From contig NC_069008.1 of NCBI RefSeq assembly GCF_001194135.2, positions 3,780,130 to 3,813,985 on the forward strand: a DNA stretch of 33,856 nucleotides. Reading direction: 5' to 3'. Made by a program: the position numbers and the translations under genes. How positions within the stretch are numbered: the stretch's first letter is position 1; each line of letters starts with the position of its first letter. This stretch comes from Octopus bimaculoides. Its lineage: Eukaryota. Shown one piece after another: positions 10,033 to 21,601 of this stretch. The notes below the pieces were generated by a model. The model was not told the DNA's origin and searched no databases. It was given only the letters and a program-made list of their open reading frames with translations.

Positions 10033-10489
10033 ATTTATAACTACACATAGGCATGCATGTATACGCAGGTACCTAATCCAATATAAACTGTAGATCCAAT
10101 CAAGGATGGTTCGAAGTATAGCATATGTATAAAAGAAGAACTCAAGTGGGGATTCAAAAATACACACACACACACATAACAGGTTTCTTTCAGTTTCCAT
10201 CTACCAAATCTACTCACAAGGCTTTGATCAGCCAAGGAATACAGCAAAAGACCCTTGCGCAAATAAGTTATGTTGTGGGAATATAAGTAATATATAACAG
10301 CTCGACTGACAATTACTTTTTCAGCCAATGGTGCAAGAGACAGGATTAACAGCCCCTTAAATTTGAAATTCAAGGCTGATTTCAGGGATAAAAATCACTG
10401 AAGCAACTAGAGAAATACAGGAAGTTAATTAGTGCCATCTCTAGAATTCCATTATCATAATGAGAGGCAACTCTGCAAGTGCAGTATCC

Positions 10490-10985
10490 TGCACTGCCAG
10501 TTTGGCATGGAAAGAATTTCTCATTGTAGGTGTCTATAACAACTCTTCCCTTCCTGATGCCATGAAGAGGGTTTATTTCAAGGCAGTAGTCGAATCTGTA
10601 CTTCTCTATGGCTTTTTTTATAGTATGGACACTGAACAAGAAACTTGAAAAGAAGCTCGTCAGTACATACATGAAAATGCTTTGTGCGGCACAAAATCTT
10701 TCTTGGCAGCGACACCCTACAAAGCAGCGACTGTATGGCAGTCTTCCTAGCGTCACCTTGGTAACTAGAGAAGGAAGAACTCTTTATGAAGGACACTGCT
10801 GGAGAAGGAAGGATGAAATATCTGGAGATTTCCTTCTCTGGACTACAGAGGTATCGACAGACAAAGAAGAGAATATATCAAGCAGCTTGTTGAAAGAACG
10901 AGATATCTGGTAGAGGATAGGAAGGCTGCTATGGAAGATCAGGATGTTTAGCATGGAGAAGTTGCATTGATCCAAGGAAACCCCT
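10490..10985 (+). pseudogene. Degenerate 3' end of a non-LTR retrotransposon ORF2 (RTE/RTE-X-like)
   Basis: Adjacent frames give AWKEFL...KRVYFKAVVESVLLYG / WTLNKKLEKKLVSTYMKMLCAAQNLSWQRHPTKQRLYGSLPSV...GHCWRRKDEISGDFLLW, then AAMEDQDV. This resembles the post-RT C-terminus of RTE-clade LINEs. There is a frameshift near 10615. Confidence 0.75.
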
Positions 10986-11436
10986 CGACCAAAGAGATAT
11001 AAACAGCAAATCCAAAAACCATGAAATTGTTGTATGCAATTGGTCTAGGACACTGATTTTGAGAAGATTTTTATTTCTTGCCCCTCCCACCATCTCAGAG
11101 ACATGGGAAAAGGGTCACAGGGTACTGCCCCTTCCCTTAAGTCATAAAAATAGACAAAAAGTTATTATTTTATCCTCTTACCAGTCACTGTGGCCATACT
11201 GGGGCAGTGCTAGTTGATTACAAATAACACAATCCTTACTTTGAATGGGTCAGTAATTATTTTACTGACCGGATGAATGGTCAAGTAGATTCAAATTCAA
11301 GACCTAATCAAATATACAAGGTACCAATTATTCTGCCATCTCCTCAACACATAACATATGTTCATCCATCAGAACAATAAGGACCATCTATTCATCCTTA
11401 AAAATGATTGATGAATTTCACAGGGATTTCCTTAAA

Positions 11437-11647
11437 CCCTTTAGCATTTAAACTGGCCATATCCAGCCCAAATATTTTCGTTTTATGTTCAAACTAGCCA
11501 AATCTGGATTATCACACCTACCCTTTTATGTCATTCTAAAAACAATTACATCGTCAAAATTGCTATGCCACAAGATAATGCATAATTAATTCTAAACACT
11601 GAATAAATAAACATTACATTTGATAAAGTAATCTGAATGTTAAAGGG
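11437..11647. mobile_element. piggyBac-like MITE (best copy)
   Basis: taaa|CCCTTTAGCATT ... AATGTTAAAGGG|ttaa. CCC/GGG termini with a TTAA-type target are diagnostic of piggyBac. No ORF. Confidence 0.65.
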
Positions 11648-12914
11648 TTAAAGTGAAGAAGAGTTGAGTACTTTCAAACTCACTTTCTCGATCGTCCTTG
11701 ACCAGCTTCGGTTCAGTGGCAAGACCAGGTCAAGAGAACCTGGGATGAAGACGGGTGCAGTAAACAAAGGTGTCCTACTTCATCTTACCCTCTCCACCCC
11801 CACAATGTGATGCTGTAGCCATCTTCTCCTCCACTGAACCTTGAAGGTTTCTTTCCCCCAGGGTCCACCTGATCTAGTCTTCATATGCATAGGTAGATAA
11901 GAAGCCCTAATATGCTAATTATAACGCATACCTGGGATCCTGACAGGTGCTACTAGTCCAGGTCAGAGTAAACCTGGGGACAATAGTGATGACTAAAAAA
12001 TGGCCTCATGCTCCTCAAAGCTCTGGAACTTTTGAATCGGGGCTCCACCACGGGACACAGATTAAAGTCAAACTTAGGAGAGATGATACAGAATCTCTGG
12101 CAGGACAAGGTCCCAGACACTGAGATCTTTCAGCAAGCCAACATCCCAAGTTGGTAGGCCCTCTTACAGGAAACTCATATGGGTAAAGCACATCAGTTGA
12201 AAGCTGGAACCTCACATCACAAAGCAGTTCTTCTATGGTGTAGTCTGGTCAAGGGAAAGTACAGTCATACCTCAAGTAATGTCAGTAATTTGTTCCAAGA
12301 AATGGTTTCAGGTTCAGTCCCACTGCATGGCACCTTGGGCAAGTATCTTCTGCTACAGCTTCAGGTCAACCGAAAACAAGTAGAAGTTGAGCACTGGCAT
12401 AAATGGGATTGAGTCTGCCCCCCCCCCCCCAACTTGTTGGCCCTGTGCCAAAATTTGAAGCCATCATCGTCATCTATTGTTATTTGACAATGATAATTAG
12501 CATGGATAAATAACAAAAAACTTGATATTTGATTACATCACTGAAACCTAACGAGTTAATTGTTTGAGACACACAGACACACACTTCCTAGTCTGAAAAC
12601 AATTTTCCTGGCCTTTATTCCTTTCAGTCATCATTGGAAACAGTGGCCGTACCAGGGACACTCCCGCTTCAAGGTCATTTTTTAAGTACCCATATTNNNN
12701 NNNNNNNNNNNNNNNNNNNNNNNNNNNNNNNNNNNNNNNNNNNNNNNNNNNNNNNNNNNNNNNNNNNNNNNNNNNNNNNNNNNNNNNNNNNNNNNNATAA
12801 AAATCCTTCCTTATTTTGTAAAATTATATAAAACACAGGCAGTGTATTTCAACTGAAATATGACATTGAAATGGTTTTAAAATAGGGACCTGTTGGGGCA
12901 AGTGAAGACCTATT

Positions 12915-13410
12915 GGGGCAAGTGAAATCGAAACTGAACCAAATTTGATGACTGGCACCTGTGCCAGTGGAGCGCTAACAGCACCATCTGAGCGGGATCA
13001 CTGCCAGAGCAGCAGTCTGTCTTCCGTGCCGGTGACATGTAAAAAGCACCATTTGAGTGCGATCGTTTCCAGCGTTGCCTTACTGGCACTTGTGCCGGTG
13101 GCATGTGAACAAAGCATTCGAGCGAGGTCGTTGCTGGCGCCGCTGGACTGACTCCTGTGCAGGTGGCATGTAAAAAACACCATTTGAGCGTGGCTGTTGC
13201 CAGTACCACCAGACTGGCCCTCGTGCCGGTGGCACGTAAAAAGCACCCACTATACTCTCGGAGTGGTTGGCATTAGAAAGGGCATCCAGCTGTAGAAACT
13301 CTGCCAGACCAGATTGGAGCCTGATGCGGCCATCTGGTTCGCCAGTCCTCAGTCAAATCGTCCAACCCATACTAGCATGGAAGGCAGACATTAAACGATG
13401 ATGATGATAT
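12915..13410 (+). mobile_element. Family B element with several internal ~70-bp modules
   Basis: Repeated gtgccggtggca(c/t)gtaaaaagcaccatttgagcg modules followed by the standard family B tail and (GAT)n. Confidence 0.85.
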
Positions 13411-13585
13411 ATATACACACACACACACATGGCAGGCTTCTTTCATTTTCCTTCTACGAAAACCATTCACAAGGCTTTAGTTGGCAAATGGCAATTGTAG
13501 AAGATGCCTAGCCCAAGGTGCAATGCAGCCGGACTGAACCCAGAACCATGTGGTTCAGAAGCAAACTGCTAACCACACAGCAATG
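13410..13585 (-). mobile_element. SINE family A 5' half
   Basis: Matches 7423..7620. Confidence 0.7.
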
Positions 13586-13939
13586 CCTGCACCTCCCTTA
13601 TTTGAAATGCTTTCAGAACATAGACAATCCTAGTGGTAATGAGCTGATTTGTCAGAAGTGTTGGTCACCTCTTGGAATATACACTACAGAAAACAGAAAG
13701 ATAAGCTCACTGATTGTGCTTTACGTGTATGCATTCACATAAATTAGTAATGTATGTAGACACACAGTAATACTGCTAAATGTCATGTGTGTGTGTGGTT
13801 GCTTGTGTATATAGACAATGTGCAGACAGTACAGTGGTAAATGTCACAGGTATATATAAGTACAGAGTAGTAAATGTCACATTAGATGCGTGCGTGTACA
13901 TACACAAAAACGCACATGTATAGGGATGTATGTGAATAT

Positions 13940-14147
13940 ACACACACACACGAATGTATTTAAATATGTCTGTATGTATGCATCTCTCTCTCTCTCTCTA
14001 TATATATATATACACATACATACACAGCCACACATATACACACAGACACACATATACATACATACACACACATAGACATACATAACATATATACATAGAT
14101 ACATACACACACACACACACGAATGTATTTAAATATGTGCGTATGCA

Positions 14148-14197
<50 letters not shown>

Positions 14198-14255
14198 TAC
14201 ATACACACACACATATACATACATAACATATATTCATAGATACACACACACAAAT
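13940..14255. repeat. Tandem duplication of a compound microsatellite unit (CA/CT/TA with core cgaatgtatttaaatatgt)
   Basis: The core occurs at about 13950 and 14119. Confidence 0.75.
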
Positions 14256-14527
14256 ATATTTTGTCATTATTGTTTATTATTACACATAAGTGGAGAGTGT
14301 ATGCATAAATACATTAACACTAATTCAACAGTCGTTTTCCATATACGGCGTCTATGAGTGATTAATCCTTGGAACACTTCTATTTCTCTCAAGCAACAGA
14401 TATCTAAGTCCAAATCCAACCAGAACTCACTCCTGTTTAAAAATGACGGCTTAATCCTGTCCATTGTCATTTGCATTAACCCTTTAACATTCAGACTAAT
14501 TACTCCGTCAAATGTAATACTCTCTCT

Positions 14528-14745
14528 TTTACTTGTTTCAGTCATTTGACTGCGGCCATGCTGGAGCACCGCCATTTGTTGAGCAAATTGACACCCAGGA
14601 CATATTCTTTGTAAGCCCAGTACTTATTCCATCGGTCTCTTTTTGCCGAACTGCTAAGTTACGGGGAACGTAAACACAGCAGCATCGGTTGTCAAGCGAT
14701 GTTGGGGGGGACAAACACAGACACACAAACATATATATATATATA
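14528..14745 (-). mobile_element. SINE family A copy
   Basis: Reverse complement of 558..826. It abuts a truncated piggyBac-like MITE end (ttaaccctttaacatt at about 14477). Confidence 0.85.
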
Positions 14746-17442
14746 TATCCCTCTCTCTCTTTGGGAGAGAGGCACAAGCACATACACAGACATATGTGCT
14801 TAGAGAGAGAGANNNNNNNNNNNNNNNNNNNNNNNNNNNNNNNNNNNNNNNNNNNNNNNNNNNNNNNNNNNNNNNNNNNNNNNNNNNNNNNNNNNNNNNN
14901 NNNNNNNNNNNNNNNNNNNNNNNNNNNNNNNNNNNNNNNNNNNNNNNNNNNNNNNNNNNNNNNNNNNNNNNNNNNNNNNNNNNNNNNNNNNNNNNNNNNN
15001 NNNNNNNNNNNNNNNNNNNNNNNNNNNNNNNNNNNNNNNNNNNNNNNNNNNNNNNNNNNNNNNNNNNNNNNNNNNNNNNNNNNNNNNNNNNNNNNNNNNN
15101 NNNNNNNNNNNNNNNNNNNNNNNNNNNNNNNNNNNNNNNNNNNNNNNNNNNNNNNNNNNNNNNNNNNNNNNNNNNNNNNNNNNNNNNNNNNNNNNNNNNN
15201 NNNNNNNNNNNNNNNNNNNNNNNNNNNNNNNNNNNNNNNNNNNNNNNNNNNNNNNNNNNNNNNNNNNNNNNNNNNNNNNNNNNNNNNNNNNNNNNNNNNN
15301 NNNNNNNNNNNNNNNNNNNNNNNNNNNNNNNNNNNNNNNNNNNNNNNNNNNNNNNNNNNNNNNNNNNNNNNNNNNNNNNNNNNNNNNNNNNNNNNNNNNN
15401 NNNNNNNNNNNNNNNNNNNNNNNNNNNNNNNNNNNNNNNNAGGGGTGGGTGGGGTTGCGTCAGTCCGGAGTTACTTACAGGTGACACGCTATAGCAAAAC
15501 CACCACCCTCTTGATTCCTTACTTAGTCACCACCAAGCACACATAGTGTGACACGCACACACACAAAATGACACTCACATACGCAAAGGGACAGACACCA
15601 AGAGACAGACACACAATGTCACACACAATGTCAGCCACACACAAAGTGACACACACATACAAAATGACAGGCACCAAGTCACATAGACACACACACACAC
15701 ACACAGACATACATGCAACTCTTCCCCAACACTGGGCCAATCAAATAAACTTGATGTGCAGCCGTTCGGTCATTCACAGGGTGGGATTTTGTTTTTTTTC
15801 TTGTTATTATTGTTGTCGTCATCGCTGAGCCTGTCTTGTTCTCATCACGGGCGAAATTCCAGCAATTTCACAAAACAGCAGAAAAGAAGAAAACACAGGA
15901 GGAGGAGGTGAGCTGGGGGCAGAGGAGGAAAGGAAAACAAATAAACAAAAACAGATACGACAGATAATATAGAAGAAGAAGAGGACAAAAGACAGAAGGA
16001 CGTGGTGGTGATGGTGGTGGTGGTGGTGGAGTACGCTACTGCTGCTGCTTCTGCCGCTGCCAACNNNNNNNNNNNNNNNNNNNNNNNNNNNNNNNNNNNN
16101 NNNNNNNNNNNNNNNNNNNNNNNNNNNNNNNNNNNNNNNNNNNNNNNNNNNNNNNNNNNNNNNNNNNNNNNNNNNNNNNNNNNNNNNNNNNNNNNNNNNN
16201 NNNNNNNNNNNNNNNNNNNNNNNNNNNNNNNNNNNNNNNNNAACAATAACTTGACAAAAGCCGCTTCTGCCATCACCACCACCACCTACAATAACAACAA
16301 CAGCAGTAAGCAATAGCGGTTGGCCTATTACTTAACTGTCACCAACACAAACCGCTGGGAGCCAGAACTAACGGGGAGGGGGTCTTTACTCAGTCAATTG
16401 CAGACAGTAGTGAAATCCCTTTCAATTCACATCCTGCCGTCTTGAAAATGACAGACAGTGTGTGTGTGTGTGTGTGTTAAATACTGTGTTGTTGTGTCCC
16501 TTGCACATAAGCAAACAAGGTTGGATGGTCACAGTTGGAAAGTCTCTGATCACAGGTCTGCTTGATTAAAATTGACCTTGGGAGTAAAACGAAACTGTCA
16601 ATATGAACGGCTGCATATCGTGCACCATGCTATACACCAGCTGATGAGAGATACAGTCCTTGAAACAGCTACTTTCAAGAGAGGTTCCAATAGCAACAAA
16701 CCAAACTTTACAAAGGAAACACACAGCACACAAGAAGCAAGGGTGTGTGAAAACGGAGTTCGCTTCACAACCACACGGTTTTGGGGTTTGCACTTACAGT
16801 GGTGGCTTGCTCAAAGTACCGCTCACTGGGACTGATCATGGGACTACTTGGTTGATAAGCAACCCTCTCAACCACATTTCCACAACAACAAAAAGAAGGT
16901 TCCCACACTTGGGGGTGGGGTGCTGTGCCATGCAGTATAGTTGAAACCAAAAATCACCCCGGAGTAAACCAACTGCAATGATTTGTAAAACATTAGCATG
17001 GGGTCACAGACTTTATGAAAGAGTATATATCTGGTTATGTTTGCCCCAAGTTACTTAACTGGTACATTTTTTTTTTAATGCTTACCCCCTGAAATACAAA
17101 ACGAAAAGCTAAGATCTGTAGGATTTGAACTTGAGAGTAACAGATGTAACTATATTCTTCAAAGTATTGGTCAATCTACAAGCCTCCTGTAAAACATCTA
17201 TTATCTAATGAAATATATGAATTACCAAACCACAAGTAGATTTTTTGTCAGCTAGTTTTTCTTTAATTATGCTATAGGAATAAATGTGGAAGGGGAAAAT
17301 AGAGGCTGTGCTGAGAGAGGCGGAAGAGAAAGAAAATTGTACGAAGAGGAATGGATTAAATAGCTAAATAAATAGGTGAGAGATTGACAGAGTAGAGAAG
17401 GAGTACAGAAAACAGTTAGTAGTCAGTCAACAAACTAGACAA

Positions 17443-17444
<2 letters not shown>

Positions 17445-17526
<82 letters not shown>
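17445..17526. repeat. (AG)n microsatellite
   Basis: Direct reading. Confidence 0.95.
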
Positions 17527-17531
<5 letters not shown>

Positions 17532-18233
17532 AATGTGAAAGGAAATGATGGCAAGTGCAAGAGAAGTAGAAAAAAGGATGATAAAGCTCTAGAACAGAAA
17601 TGTGGAATTAGAGAGGTGAAGTGATAAAATAACAGAGGTATAGAGATTGAGTTAATACTATAGACAATGACAGATAGAAATGGTGGAAGAGAAAGAGAAA
17701 TTTATCTACAATATCATAATGTGTGTATGAAATGATGAGATGGGACATGAAGAGAAATAGATGCAGATTCTGAGGGAGAGAAAGAAAACAGGAAGCTGAA
17801 TGTATTTATATATTAGCAGTAGGAGGAAAAAGGAAGAAATAATGGAAGTGAATGAAAGTGAACAATAAAGGAGAGTGAGAGAACAGCAAGGTAAGAATAA
17901 GAAAGCATAAAGATAACTTTATCCAAAGAGAGAGGAAATTCTTCATCTCAGAGAAACTGACTTGGAAAAAGATAAGATCATTGCTCATCGTGAACGGGAG
18001 TTAGTGAAAATACAGAGTATTGCAAAACGACAAGGCACACAAGAGGTTAAAAACTTTAAGAACATCTGAAAGAATAGAGAAAGAAACACCGGGAAAGCAG
18101 GGACAGGTTTGAAGCAAAAACAGAAAAGAAAAAAGAAAATGACTATAAATTTCAGAACAGATGTTGAAATAAACTCATCATCTTTTTTTATGGGTAATAC
18201 ACATTGATTTCTATTTAAGGCTTCAGCAATGCT

Positions 18234-18335
18234 TAGGTGCATCAAGGCACCATATGAGTTTTCTCCCCTGTAGCTGCAGGCACACTACGTCGCAGTGAGA
18301 GGGGAGAAAACACATACGGTGACATGATGTGTCTA
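18234..18335. ncRNA. 102-nt hairpin: candidate pri-miRNA or very small TA-flanked MITE
   Basis: 18234..18277 pairs colinearly with 18292..18335. The core caccatatgagttttctcccct / aggggagaaaacacatacggtg pairs at 20 of 22 positions. The hairpin is seen directly; its function is unproven. Confidence 0.4.
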
Positions 18336-18779
18336 CAGTGTGCTAAAGGTTAATAAATAATTATTAGCTTGAGATATCCCTTTATGTAAAATGAAGGACT
18401 GCTATTTTATATTAAAAATGCCCTAGTTGTATGGCTTTTTTTTTTTTTCATTTATTCATATTCAAATTTTAACAATGCTTCATAAAAAAAATAAAAAAAT
18501 TTCTGATGAGAAATTTAAATATGTGATAAAATATTGAGAATGTGAAAGAAGTAAGACATATAAAACAGTAGTGAAGTTTGTTTCTTTTTTTCTTCTTTTC
18601 AATTTTTTTTTTTTTTTTTTTTTTAAATAACATATGCTTTAACACTTCAACTCTGAAATGACAATTTAACAAAGTGGCCTCACACTAATAAATCAGATTA
18701 GTTTCTTTTATTACTACTGCATAACTAAATGATTGTCCGAGAATGAGCTAATGTTACTGGCTCTAAATGGTCACACGAC

Positions 18780-19480
18780 AAGCTAGAAATAGCAAGGAAG
18801 GACAGATCGGATAATACAGAACTAGATATATCATGTATGAAGTAAAGGTGAATTAATCACAGCATGAATGTCTTTTCATCACAAACTGCGTTTGATCAAG
18901 GTTGATCTGAGACTAAACAACAGTGTAACCAAGTGTTCAGAAAGGGGATAGAAAGTCAAAAAGGTTTCACAACCAGCTAGAAAAAGCAGTCTAATCACCC
19001 TCAAATCACACCTAACTGGCTTATAAGGATGGAATGGTCATAGCTGGACCTAGAGCTACACAATGACCACAAAAGAAAGGAGAACACTAGATAATGGAGT
19101 CTTAGAAAAGAGGACACATTACATAATGTAGTCTGAAAAAAGGGGACACATTAGATAGATAATATTTTGTCTTAATAAAAGATGGAATGGTCTGCTAGAT
19201 CAGCAATGAGTAGAGTCTTAGCAACAGCAACAACACTTCTGCCTCCAAAGGAGTCAACAACGGAGCTTCTACATCATTACTTGAAATGCTAGAAAGAGCA
19301 GTCAGATCTTCCTTTCAAATCACATTCTACAGTCTTAAGGACCCCCCCCCAAAAAAAAAAACAAAAAAAACTGAAGGATGCATTAAATAAAATAACCCAA
19401 AATGCACAAAAAATAAAAATGAAAACATTGGGATGGCCATGGCTGGAACATTTGTAGAACAGCTAGATCAGTATTGACAA
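18780..19480 (+). mobile_element. Cluster of degenerate family D SINE fragments
   Basis: ctcaaatcacac..., ataatgtagtc, gatggaatggtcatagctgg and ctgctagatcag motifs shared with 5040..6190. Confidence 0.55.
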
Positions 19481-19499
19481 CTTTACTACCAATCTATTC

Positions 19500-19710
19500 A
19501 TAACACTTTAGCATTTAGATATCTCTCTGTGTCAAATGCGATGCTTTGAATTAATCATGCATTATCTTGTAGCTTCTAAGCTTCGAGGATGTGACTATTT
19601 TTAGAATGATATTGTAGGGTAGGTGTGAGAGACCAGATCTAACCAATTTCAACACAAGTGGAATATTTTTGCCAAGATATTGGCAAATTTAAATGCAAAA
19701 AAGATTAATG
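19500..19710. mobile_element. piggyBac-like MITE, degenerate copy
   Basis: Interior matches 6250..6480. Confidence 0.5.
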
Positions 19711-19714
19711 CTAG

Positions 19715-20435
19715 AAGATGCATGGCTCAGTGGTTAGAACATCAGGCTTTCAATTGTGAGTTCGATTCCCAGACCAGGCTGTGTGTTGTGTTCTTAAGCA
19801 AAGACACTTTATTTCACATTGCTCCAGTAGAAATGAGTTGCAACATCACTGGTGCCAAACTGCATCAGCCCCTTTGCCTATCCCTTGGATAACTACACCA
19901 GGACCCGGCAAGCCAAGTAAGATCGTTGCCAGTGCCCCTGGACTGGCTCTTGTGCGGGTGGCACATGAGATGCACCATTTTGAGCGTGGCCGTTGCCAGT
20001 ACCGCCTGACTGGCTCCCGTAGGATTTTCGAGTGAGATCGTTGCCAGTGCCCCTGGACTGGCCTGTGCGGGTGGCACATAAAAGACACCATTTCGAGCAT
20101 GGCCGTTTTCGTGCGGGTGACACGTAAAAGCACCCACTACACTCTCTGAGTGGTTGGCGTTAGGAAGGGCATCCAGCTGTAGAAACTCTGCCAAATTAGA
20201 CTGGAGCCTGGTGTTGCCATCCGGTTTCACCAGTCCTCAGTCGAATCGTCCAACCCATGCTAGCATGGAAGGCGGACGTTAAACGATGATGATGATGATG
20301 ATGATGATGGTGTGGAGAAGGGAAGCTGGTATGCATGGGTGACTTGCTGGTCTTCCATAAACCTTGCCCGGACTTGTGCTAAAGAAGGGAACTTTCAAGG
20401 TGCAATCCCATGGTCATTCGTAACCAAAGGGAGTC
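19715..20435 (+). mobile_element. tRNA-headed SINE (family F-like) split by a nested family B element (about 19886..20309)
   Basis: Head tggctcagtggttag...gagttcgattccc has A and B boxes. The body ttgtgttcttaagcaaagacactttatttcac is related to the reverse of 31540..31600. The family B copy ends in (GAT)n and is followed by further SINE-like sequence. Confidence 0.7.
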
Positions 20436-21459
20436 CTTAAATGCTAAAAGGTTAACAACCCAGAATTTCAAAGGGCCATGTATTTAACATGGCTTCTAAG
20501 TTGAGAATACATGAGGGGAAGCAAATGGCAAGGTGAACCTGGGCAGAATCCAAATGTTAAGCCAAATAATTGAAGAGCCAACAATCTAGAACTTGGCCAT
20601 TGGTTCAACATGTTTTTAAGTTATTGATTTTCAATACCCATAAATGTGGCCATACTGGGGGTATTATCATATATATATATGTTAAAGTCTGTCATACTGG
20701 CCATGATGAAATACCACAAGGTATAGAAAATACGTATTCGCCTTTATATATTTAATCCTTTATATTGAACACTCAATATTTCATCTATTCAATAAGACAT
20801 ATTCCATATATTCAATAAGACATTCAATACTTTATTTCATAGTACCATCCATTTTTATTTTATATTATATATTGTATATTATATTATTGTATATTCCATA
20901 TTCTATATCCCACATTGGTTTTGCAGGAATATAAATAAAACATAAAAAACAGACAGAGTTGGAACTCTTTTAAACAAAATAATATATATATATATATATA
21001 TATATATGTCATTCATCATCAAAATGATATCATGACATACAAATTGCATTACATGATATCAGGGCATAAGTGAATTGCGTCAGATTCTATAAACAATATC
21101 AAAAAATTAAAAGCACTCTTTATAAATATGCAGAGTAACATGGGTGTATATGTCTGTGTGTATAAACTAGATCTTCTATCATATTACTGATAGTTTTTTT
21201 GCCATAAATGTAAGAGCTGTAGCTTGTATTACTCGTGTATGTGTGTGTATTATTTTGGTTCTCCGTCTGGTGAATTTCTGACAGGAGATACCCTACTTGT
21301 GCTCACTTTGTAACTCCTATCACAAAATGAAACATGTGTAATGGTGAATAAATAATACCAAATAATTTTTTTTCTCCAATCCCCTATTTTGATAAGTATC
21401 ACATATATTTATAATTGAATGAGGAAGTGAATTTTAAAAATGCTGCTGCATTAACTTAC

Positions 21460-21601
21460 CATCTCTTGACATTCCCAAGACTAGGCACTTCTGCAGTCGA
21501 CAATATTGACATCTATTTCTATTGACACGATCAATAACACAGGCTTTGTTTCTGGGGCACTGATAATTTACAGGACCTGATTGACTCCGTCGGAAAAAGC
21601 C
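21460..21601 (-). CDS. HR3: Nuclear receptor HR3/ROR (NR1F) exon: second zinc finger of the DNA-binding domain
   Basis: The minus strand reads tttcag|GGC TTT TTC CGA...ATG TCA AGA GAT G|gtaagt. The 142 nt give [47 protein letters not shown] plus 1 nt. It has the C4 zinc-finger cysteines, canonical AG/GT sites and phases 0 and 1, and is nearly identical to the insect HR3 DBD as I recall it. Confidence 0.97.

Larger units (their letters stand above)
2004..21459 (-). other. HR3 intron (phase 1, GT-AG, about 19.5 kb including gap estimates)
   Basis: Donor GTAAGT at 21459..21454 and acceptor TTTCAG ending at 2004. The flanking exons join in frame to give the conserved GMSRDAVKFGR. Confidence 0.9.

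Noticed and set aside
12915-13260. CRISPR-like repeat-spacer pattern in family B modules
   Set aside because: The DNA is eukaryotic, the 'spacers' are homologous to each other, the repeats are degenerate and there are no cas genes.
16572-16950. Overlapping 60-95 aa ORFs in unique sequence
   Set aside because: No recognisable domain, no convincing splice sites, and lengths expected by chance.
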